NCBI GenBank assembly: GCA_029858305.1
Contig: JAOUFI010000004.1
Location: forward strand, 23,862 to 87,861
Length of the DNA stretch: 64,000 nucleotides
Source of the DNA: Candidatus Thorarchaeota archaeon
Lineage (GTDB): Archaea; Asgardarchaeota; Thorarchaeia; Thorarchaeales; Thorarchaeaceae
Reading direction: 5' to 3'
This document shows positions 20,177 to 30,800 of this stretch, one piece after another. Within the stretch, counting starts at the first letter, position 1; every line of letters starts with the position of its first letter. Below the pieces are notes generated by a model, which worked only from the letters and a program-made list of their open reading frames with translations, did no database searches and had not been told where the DNA came from. A program made the translations under genes and the position numbers.

Positions 20177-21346
20177 TTATTTTGGAAAGAATTCCTTGTA
20201 TACCTCGCGCTGGATAAGGAACCGAAGGATTTCTGCGGTTCCGCCACCGATGGTCATTAGGCGTGCATCCCTCAAGAAACGTTCAACTGGATAATCGGTT
20301 GTATAACCCATGCCACCTAGTATCTGAAGAGCATCATTTGTAATCTGAATAGCTGCTTCAGTTGTGTATAGTTTCGCAATGGATGCGGCTTTTGTAATCT
20401 TCTCGCCACGATCATACATTCTTGCAGCTGTTAGGGTGAGTGCACGACCGGCTTCGAGTTTCATAGCCATATCAGCAATCTTGAAGCTCACACCCTCAAA
20501 CGCACTGATAGGTCTTCCAAATTGATGACGCTCGGTAGAATACCTCACAGCAATCTCATATGGTGTTCTACCATATCCTATTGCCTCGCCTGCTATTGCA
20601 GTCCGCTCGGAATCTAATTCATCCATTAGAATGTGAAAACCCATACCAGGATTACCAAGGAGCATATCACCAGGAACTCTAACATCTTCGAGTTTCAACC
20701 AAGACACACGGGCTGATTTCATCCCAAGTAGATCGTGGTCTTGCACAACGCTAAAACCATCACTCTTTGTATCAATAATGAAGGCAGACATTCCATCCTT
20801 TGCTTTCAAATTAGGATCTGTGATAGCAAAAGCACACATAAAATCAGCTTGGCTTCCATTCGTTATGAATCGCTTTTCACCATTAAGTATCCAGTCATCA
20901 CCATCTTTCTCTGCACGGGTCTTCATCCCAGCAGTATCTGAACCGACATCTGGTTCTGTGATCCCAATACATCCAATCTTATCCCCTGCGACAACTGGCT
21001 CTAGATACTTCTTCTTTTGCTCAGGAGTTCCAAACCTTGCAACAGGCATTCCATAAAGTGTAGTGGACGCCATTCTAGCCATATCGAGACCGCCATTTGT
21101 CGCAGAAATCTCCTCAGCAACTATTATCTCGTAGGATAAGCCTCTGTTTGTTCCGCCCACGGTTTTGTCATGGTGAACGCCCATGTATCCAGATTTGCCA
21201 ATTTTCCTCAACAATTCCCGAGGGTACGGACCTTTGTCAATCTCATCTGCAATTGGAGCAATTTCCTTATCGCAGAAAGCACGAACTTCTCTACGAAAAT
21301 TAATCTCATCCTCAGTCCAAAGTGCATTTGATAGATACTCAGCCAT
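20177..21346 (-). CDS. Acyl-CoA dehydrogenase
   Basis: ITEPDVGSD, LNGEKRFITNG, RHQFGRPI, QILGGMGY, RDARLMTIGGGTAEI. Confidence 0.95.
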   Translation of the reverse strand: MAEYLSNALWTEDEINFRREVRAFCDKEIAPIADEIDKGPYPRELLRKIGKSGYMGVHHDKTVGGTNRGLSYEIIVAEEISATNGGLDMARMASTTLYGMPVARFGTPEQKKKYLEPVVAGDKIGCIGITEPDVGSDTAGMKTRAEKDGDDWILNGEKRFITNGSQADFMCAFAITDPNLKAKDGMSAFIIDTKSDGFSVVQDHDLLGMKSARVSWLKLEDVRVPGDMLLGNPGMGFHILMDELDSERTAIAGEAIGYGRTPYEIAVRYSTERHQFGRPISAFEGVSFKIADMAMKLEAGRALTLTAARMYDRGEKITKAASIAKLYTTEAAIQITNDALQILGGMGYTTDYPVERFLRDARLMTIGGGTAEILRFLIQREVYKEFFPK

Positions 21347-21417
21347 TATTGAAACCCGCCTGTTTCGTGGAGCACTTGCTTAAATTAGTAACTGACTTTT
21401 GAAAAGGGTATATAAAA

Positions 21418-21750
21418 TCAGGGAAGTAAGCGGAAACGAAACCGCTCCTCTCCATCCAAGGTAATCTCAACTAGAGCTCCTATCTGAGGTTCAAGCCGCT
21501 CCTCATTATAACCAAGACACAACACCACAGCGCCTTGATCTAGTTCTACTAATGCCATCTTCAGAGGTGTATCAAATCCATCAGGAGGCAATTGTAGGGT
21601 TGTGTGACTGAGGATTGATCCTTTATTATCAATCTCAGATGTTGACATTCTTCCAGCTATTTTGCCACAATATGGGCATACCTCACGTGGAGGCACAATT
21701 GTTCGTTTACATTGACCACAGTGAGATGCTTGAATCTTCATCCTCCACAT
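21418..21750 (-). CDS. DUF35 Zn-ribbon/OB-fold protein (thiolase partner)
   Basis: CGQC..PPREVCPYC, then G.ILSHT and ALVELDQG of the OB fold. Confidence 0.85.
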   Translation of the reverse strand: MWRMKIQASHCGQCKRTIVPPREVCPYCGKIAGRMSTSEIDNKGSILSHTTLQLPPDGFDTPLKMALVELDQGAVVLCLGYNEERLEPQIGALVEITLDGEERFRFRLLP

Positions 21751-21816
21751 CGAAATATCTGAAGCCAGACTCTTTGAAAAGACTTCCGCCTTTAAAAGTG
21801 GGAATCTTCTCGCAAG

Positions 21817-24800
21817 TTATTTTTCTGGCTCTAAGAATGACTCCAACAGACTGATTATTTCTTTCTTAGAGAGTCTTCTCAATTCTCTTGGACTAGCTGT
21901 GCTTTTGATGTCATCAGGAAGCAGCTCCAACAGCACTTTCTTATCAAGCTTCGAGAGATCCTCTAGTCTTAAAGCGACATCAGGCATTTCTGCAGGGATT
22001 GAATCAGGTAGGACTTCAGGTAATGGCTCTTCAGCGGGAGTATAGGATTCAAGAAGTGATCGAACCTCTTTCTTAGACATTCTTTTTACATCCTCTTCAG
22101 GAAGAGCATCTCGAATTTCTGGGGGTAATCTGTCAAGAAGTTCCTTCTTCGTCAATGATTTGTCTATCACAATCTCTGATTCAGGCAGGATTTCTGGCTC
22201 TGAAACAGGCTCAGGTATGACATCGATAGATTCAGCTTCAATAGATTCGATATATTCTTCATCTGAAGGAACTGCCTCATCGATTTGTGGTTCTTGGGCA
22301 GAAACGGAGGGTTGAAGATCCAGCTCAGTTGCAATATCTGTTTCTGCCTCAATCACTTCGATTTGACCTTCCTCTGTAGGTAGAACTTCTTCTTGCATTG
22401 ATTCAGGTACATCAGGCTCCTCAGACAATGCGATGCTGTCTTCAGGGATACTAATGGACTTAGAATCTTCAATAGGCTCAAGCTCAGTTTCTTGAAGAGT
22501 AACTTCTGGTTCGTATACATCCATTTCAGAAGAAGCAACAGGTGCGGCAGCCTCTGCTTCAGGTTCAACGACCTCGGCAGCTACAACATCCTCGACCAAA
22601 GCACCTTCTTCTGCGGTCTCAGCGAGCAATTCAGTTTCTAAAAGCTCCCTTGCATCAGGTCCAAGTCCATCACTGATAGGCGCGACATCAGTTTCTATGA
22701 TCTCGGGTTCCGCAGGAGTTGTAATCGTCGGTTCAGGTATTCCAAAATCAGAAACCTCAATTTCTCCAACTCCAATGCTGACCCCTCCTCGTCTTCTTCG
22801 TGAGGCGATTAAAGCTACTCCAATAAGAACTATGCCAGCGCCACCACCAATTAACATCAGCGTCATTGTATCTAGAGTGAAACCTGGAACAGCAATCCAT
22901 TCTACTTCTACACTCAAACTAGCTGGGTCAAAAGCCGATACACCATACAGGCTATCTGTGATGCTTCCGATTGTAAATGCGTAATTGCCAGCGAGAGTCT
23001 TCGTGATACTGATGGTCCAATAACCACCTACAGAATTGTAGGTCATGGAAACACTCTCACCTGTGAGAAACACTTCACCATTAGTGAATGGTGTGTCATC
23101 AAATTCGTAGGCGAGAGTTGCACGAATCTCAGTAGCTAAACCTGCATCTTGAGAGAGCGATGTTGCTGTAAGTGTGATTGCCTTGATTCTATCCCAGATG
23201 ATTGTTATATCGCCAACTGATTGAACAAAGTTATTGATTTCTCCCAATGACGCAGAGATTATGCTGTATGTTGTACTTCCCACAGTGCTCTGCGTAACCG
23301 ATGCAACAAATAATCCACCGGACGGGATACAGGAGATATCACCTGTCATACTGACTGAGATGCCAGTAGGGATGATTATACCAGCGGTTTCAAGTCTAGC
23401 ACCCCATTGAATATCTACGGATTCACCTACACCCACTCTGCCATCATCAGATGATACTGAGTAGAATTCAATTCTATCCCAATACACAGTGACCTCATTC
23501 GAATCCATATTATATTCACTAATACCGTGGTCTGTGGCATTACAAAGCGTAAGATCGTCAAATGTAATAGCAATGTATGAACCAAGAGTGACATAGGTTT
23601 CCCAAATGCCAGATCCGACGTGAGTCAAAGAATAACCTGCTATGTTGAATTCACCCGCGACGACAGGCGAATCATCGTACTCAAAGTGAATCTCAACAGA
23701 TATTCTAACATTATCGCCAGGATCATGATACAGCTCATCAGCGAGTACTGAAACAATCAGTACCCTGTCCCAGATGCAGTAAGTGATATCATTGGAGAGA
23801 ATGGCTGTTATGTTGAATGCATCAAAAGTCGCTGAAAGAACCGTGTACCATTGTATTTGAGGCGAAGTGTACACGAAATTGGTATTGTTTAAAGTAAGGA
23901 CACCATCAAACGGAGTGTTGTCGAATGCATAGGTGGCACTGACAACTATACCAGTGGCATTTGCACCTACATTGACATGTGCGTCAGTAGGATCAGTTAT
24001 GATAATATTTAGAGCGTCCCAAATCACCTGTTGAACAGAGGTTGATTCAAACCACTCTGTCAGACCATAAGTCGATTCACTTGCAGATGCTACATCAAAC
24101 CAAGCCACGGAAGGACTGGTTGAAGTTTCTTGCCATCTCCAATATAGACCTAAAGCATCCCAGACCAGAGTTCTGGAACCATTGAGGTCTAGTATCAATC
24201 CACTCTGGATTGTAAAATCATCATACTCATACCTGGCTCTCCACCAGACTTCACAGTAGGAGTTGATATCGATTCGACCATCGACAACACCAGCCTCATA
24301 GATCTCTATCCTATCAGTGATGAACGTAGCAATCAAGCTTGTCGTGTAGTATAGGTCAGTTCCTCCAGATCCACTTCCCTGAACAACAATCTTGAATGTG
24401 TAATTGTTTAATCCAATTGTTGCAGGAGAGCCAATGCTTGAAATACTGAAACTTCCAGCAGATAGGTCTCCACTCCATGTTTCAACACCATCTCGTATTA
24501 TCCAAACATCTGTTTCGTTTGCTAGAGGACTGTGGCTTGATCCATAGTATGTTACAGAACCAGATCCAATGAGATCTGCAGTATTGATGTTTCCACGGTC
24601 ATCAGAGAGACTTGGTGAGGTGGAGTAATCAAGCCTGGTTTCAAAGTTCCAATTAGTTTCATAGTAGTTTGACGCAGAATCAATTCCATCACTGACGAAT
24701 TGAAGTATGTCAGTGTCTATCAAGACATCATGATTCCAACCAATTTTGATGTACCAAGTGATTGTCAGTGTATTACCTGCACCAGTCGCATAGGACATGA

Positions 24801-27800
24801 CATCAGCAATTACTATTGAGCTACCAGATTCGAGCGAGAATGTATCTGTGGCAGTAGTGTATCTAATAGTCCAATATGGGGTGATTTGGTCATCAGAATA
24901 GAGGGTTAATTCGACATAGCTTATGTCAGTGTATCCATCAAGATCACTCACTGAAGTTGTGATAATGTAGAAACGATACCGTGCGTAGAGATAGTTTGTG
25001 TCGTCGCCATTTGTCAACACAGGACTTGAATCGTTGACTGGAATCTCGTTTGGAGCTACAGACCATGTAACCTGTTGTGTGGTAGTGGTGAACGCAGTGA
25101 TATCATATGTAGACTCACTTGACACCAGACTCGCATTGTAGAAATATGTCACGTCGGTATTTGTATCAACAAATTGTGAAACGTTTCCATCAACAAATGA
25201 GTGCCACCAAGTTCCATTCCGATCGATTACAAGCTGATAGGTTGTGCAAACTGCACTATTATACTCAAATGTAACTGATAGAGTGAAGTTTGCTTGATGA
25301 CCATTTACCGATGATGCATCATCGACTCCAATGACAATGACTAGTCTGTCCCAGATGACATTCTGCGACTGAGTATTCTGGTCCACAACAGTGAGCCCAT
25401 GGATATTACCACTTCCTGCAACTAGGTTGTACGTGTTCATAACGACTATGGATTCAGAGTCAGAGAATCTCCAGAGACCTGCACCTTGATGAGATGCGGA
25501 GATTCCGTTCACTGTAATTGTACCATCAGTAACGGGAGAGTCATCATAGTCGTAGTAGAGAATCACATCAATATCAACACTGTCACCAATATTGACATGA
25601 TTATCACTCACAGAGTATGACTGGACTTGTATTCTATCCCAGATGACACTTACATTATTGCCTGAGAGATTTAATGAAGTAATACCAAAGTTGGATTCGG
25701 AGCTTGAGTTCACATAGTAGATCCAAGATCCTACTGAAGCTTGACTAACTATCAATTCAAATCGTCCATCGCTAAAGTCCCAGTTCATTGAAGATCCAGC
25801 TAGAGTCACTGTGTCTCCTGAGCCTAGGAACGAGCTGTCATAAGCAAGCCATAATGTGACTCTTATCTCAACATAGGCTCCAACATCGACCCTTGTGGCA
25901 TTAGCCAAAGTTGTTTGAACGACAATCTGATCCCAGATGACATCCTGAGTCATAGCATTCTGGTTAACCTGGGTAAGTCCGTGAATGCCACCGGAATAGG
26001 CAACAGTATCGTAAGTGAACAATTGTACAGATGATTTTGTGTCAGTAAATCTCCAAGTCCCACTTCCTTGATGTGTAGCTGCAATTCCGTTTATTGTAAC
26101 TGATCCGTTAATGACTGGGCTAGAATCGTACTCGTATAAGAGTTCTACATCAATTGTGGCAGCGTCATTGATATCTATTCGTGGATCCAAAGCCGCATAT
26201 GATTGAACAGCAATCTGATCAGTTATGTATGTTGATTGTGTTGTGCTGCTGAGAAGATCAGTTCCTCCACTTCCAGCGGCCTCAATAACAGCTTTAATTG
26301 TCAAAGTGTCTTGACCGACTTCATCATCAGCGTAGACTGTCAGACTAAACTGTCCAGAGGTGAGTGAAAGGTCACTCCATGGGCCAATAGATGTTCCATA
26401 CTCTGAACTTGACACCCAGACATCGGTTTCATTAGCAAGGGGATAGTTGTCGACAGAACCTAGGAAGATGAGTGTTCCTGAAACAGTAAAAGCTCCATCA
26501 AGAGGACCACGATTTTCTGTTCCTGAACCGTCGTCAATTGTTAGACCAGTAATCTCTAGACGGGTTTCAACATCCCAATCTGATTCATAGAAGTCCTCAT
26601 CTCCGATTTTTCCATCATGGACATATTGTTTCATGTCCACATCGGTCAGATCTAAATGATCCCAACCAATTTTGATGTACCAAGTAACATCCAAATCATT
26701 TCCAAAGCCAACTGCAAATGATGAGGTGCTTAGAGTGATGTAAGTACCGCCCAACTCAACTGTGAATATGTCACCTGAAACAGTATATCTAACCGTCCAG
26801 ACAGGAGTTGTTCTAGAGTTGTCATAGAGTGTCAATTCTATGTAGTCGATATCGTTGTATCCATCTGCATCTGATACACTGCTAGTGATGATATAGTAAT
26901 TATAACGAGCATACAAGTTGTCAGTATCATCAGGATTTGATAAATTAGGTGCAGAATCGTTTACTGGAGCAGAGTTGGGCGCTGCAGACCATACAACCTG
27001 CTGACTGTTCGTTGAGAAAGAGAGCACACCATATGTGGATTCTGATGTCACTACAAATACGGTGTAGGTGTAAGAGTCGTCAATGTTTGCATCAACAAAT
27101 GATGATTTGTTTGTATCAGTAAATGAGTACCACCAGGTCCCATTCCTATGAATAGCAATCTGGTAGGATGTGCATACAGTATCATCGTAGTCAAAGAGGA
27201 CTGCAAGAGTGAAGTTTGCTTGGACTCCATTAAGTGGAGTAGAATCATCAACACCAATCATGATAACGAGTTGGTCCCAAATCATGTAGGTTTCATCATT
27301 CGAACTTATCGTGGTTATTCCGAAACCATCTCCAGAAACACTGAGAACTGTATAACCCCACTTGACAGCTGTTCCATCTCCATCAAAGTCAGTGTTGTTT
27401 AAAGTGAATGTGCCATCAAACACCGATCCATCATAATCATAGATGGCTGACACAATGATACCTGAAGCATTGGCATTGATGCTTTGTCTGTTGTCTGTGG
27501 GTCCAGTGATGGTTATAGTAATTGAGTCCCAGATCATGAAGGTCTCATCGTTCGAACTTATGGTCGTAATACCGTAGGAGTCTCCAGAAACACTGAGCAC
27601 TGTGTAACCCCACTTGACAGCTGTTCCATCTCCATCAAAATCAGTATTATTCAGAGTAAAGGTGCCATCAAATTCCGCTCCATCATAATCATAAACTGCG
27701 GATACAATTATTCCAGATGCATTAACGTTTAGATTTTGCCTATTGTCTGTGGGTCCAACGATGGAGATTGTAATTGAGTCCCAGATCATGAAAGTTTCAT

Positions 27801-30800
27801 CATTCGAACTTATCGTGGTTATTCCGAAACCATCTCCAGAAACACTGAGGACCGTATAGCCCCACTTGACAGCTGTTCCATCTCCATCAAAGTCAGTGTT
27901 GTTTAAGGTGAAAGATCCATCAAACACTGACCCATCATAATCATAAACTGCGGATACAATGATGCCTGAAGCATTGGTATTTAGATTCTGTCTGTTATCT
28001 GTTGGTCCAGTGATGATTATAGTAATTGAGTCCCAGATCATGAAGGTTTCGTCATTGGAACTTATGGTAGTTATGCCATAGGAGTCACCTGAAATGCTGA
28101 GAACTGTGTAGCCCCACTTGACAGCTGTGCCATCACCATCATAATCTGTATTGTTTAAAGTGAAGGTGCCGTCAAAGGGTGTACTATCATAATCATAGAC
28201 TGCTGTCACTATAATGCCTGAGGCATTTGCATTCAGGTTCTGTCTATTGTCTGTGGGTCCAGTGATAGTGATAGTCACTGAATCCCAAATCATGAAGGTC
28301 TCATCATTGGAGCTTATTGTGGTTATACCGAAACCATCACCTGAGACGCTGAGGATTGTATAGCCCCACTTGACAGCTGTCCCATCTCCATCAAAGTCAG
28401 TATTGTTCAGAGTAAAGGTGCCATCAAAGGTTGCACCATCATAGTCATAGACTGCTGATATTATGATTCCAGATGCGTTAGCATTCAGGTTCTGTCTGTT
28501 ATCTGTGGGTCCAGTGATGGTGATTGTAATTGAGTCCCAGATCATGAAGGTCTCATCGTTCGAACTTATGGTCGTTATACCGAAACCATCACCTGAAACG
28601 CTGAGGACTGTGTAGCCCCACTTGACAGCTGTCCCATCTCCATCAAAGTCAGTATTGTTCAGAGTAAAGGTGCCATCAAAGGTTGCACCATCATAGTCAT
28701 AGACTGCGGATACAATTATTCCAGATGCGTTTGCATTCAGGTTCTGTCTGTTATCTGTAGGACCAGCAATTGTAATAGTAATTGAGTCCCAGATCATGAA
28801 TGTCTCATCGTTCGAACTTATCGTCGTTATATCGAATGAGTCTCCAAAAACACTGAGAACAGTGTAGCCCCATTTTACAGCTGTGCCATCCCCATCAAAG
28901 TCTGTGTTGTTTAGAATAAACGTGCCATCAAAAACTGTGCCGTCATAGTCATAAATTGCGGATACAATTATTCCAGATGCGTTTGCATTCAGGTTCTGTC
29001 TGTTGTCTGTAGGTCCAGTAATGGTAATGGTCACTGAGTCCCAGATCATGAATGTCTCATCGTTCAAACTTATTGTGGTTATTCCATAAGAGTCTCCAGA
29101 AACGCTGAGAACTGTGTAACCCCACTTGACAGCTGTTCCATCTCCATCAAAGTCAGTATTGTTTAGAGTAAAGATACCATCAAACGCTACACCATCATAG
29201 TCATAGACAGCTGATACAATGATTCCAGATGCGTTAGCGTTGAGGTTCTGCCTGTTGTCGGTAGGACCAACAATGGTGATTGTAATTGAGTCCCAGATCA
29301 TAAAGGTCTCATCGTTCGAACTTATTGTGGTTATTCCAAAACTGTCTCCGGAAACACTGAGAACAGTGTAGCCCCACTTGACAGCTGTTCCATCTCCGTC
29401 AAAGTCTGTGTTATTTAGAGTGAAAGTTCCATCAAACGCTGCACCATCATAGTCATAGGCTGCTGATATTATGATTCCAGATGCGTTTGCATTCAGGTTT
29501 TGTCTGTTGTCTGTAGGTCCAGTGATGGTAATGGTCACTGAGTCCCAGATCATGAATGTCTCATCGTTTGAACTTATGGTCGTTATACCATAGGAGTCTC
29601 CGGAAACGCTGAGAACTGTGTAACCCCATTTGACAGCTGTGCCATCTCCATCGAAGTCTGTGTTGTTCAAGATAAATGATCCCTCAAAAGATGTACCATC
29701 ATAATCATAGACTGCTGTCACTACAATACCTGAAGCATTAGCGTTAAGGTTCTGTCTGTTGTTGGTAGGACCAGCGATTGTAATAGTAATTGAGTCCCAG
29801 ATCATAAAGGTCTCATCGTTCGAACTTATGGTCGTTATACCATAGGAGTCTCCGGAAACGCTGAGAACTGTGTAACCCCATTTGACAGCTGTGCCATCTC
29901 CGTCAAAGTCTGTATTGTTTAGAATGAATGATCCGTCAAAAGATGTACCATCATAATCATAGACTGCTGTCACTACAATACCTGAAGCATTAGCGTTAAG
30001 GTTCTGTCTATTATCTGTGGGTCCAGTAAAGGTGATTGTAATTGAGTCCCAGATCATGAAAGTTTCATCATTCGAGCTTATTGTGGTTATACCGAAACTA
30101 TCTCCAGAAACACTGAGAACTGTATAGCCCCACTTGACAGCTGTCCCATCTCCATCAAAGTCTGTATTGTTAAGGGCGAAAGTACCATCAAACACTACGC
30201 CATCATAGTCATAGACAGCTGATACAATGATTCCAGATGCGTTAGCGTTCAGGTTCTGCCTGTTGTCAGTGGGTCCAGTAAAGGTGATTGCAATTGAGTC
30301 CCAGATCATGAAAGTTTCATCATTCGAACTTATTGTGGTTATACCGAAACTATCTCCAGAAACACTGAGAACTGTATAGCCCCACTTGACAGCTGTCCCA
30401 TCTCCATCAAAGTCAGTGTTGTTTAAAGTGAATATGCCATCAAACACGGCTCCATCGTAGTCATAGACTGCTGATACTATGATACCTGAAGCATTGGCAT
30501 TCAAGTTCTGCCGGTTGTCTGTTGGACCAACAATTGCTATTGTCAGAGAGTCCCATATATGGTATGTATAATCATTAGTACTAATCACAGTGATTCCATG
30601 TGTTCCACCACCAATCGAGGAAACTGTGTAGTACCATCTGACAGCAGTTCCATCTCCATCAAAGTCTGTGTTGTTTAGGGTGTAAGTTCCATCAAATGCT
30701 GTACCATCATAATCATAGACTCCACTAACGATAATACCTGTGGCGTTTGCATTCAGGTTCTGTCTGTTGTCTGTGGGTCCAGTGATTGTGATAGTTACTG

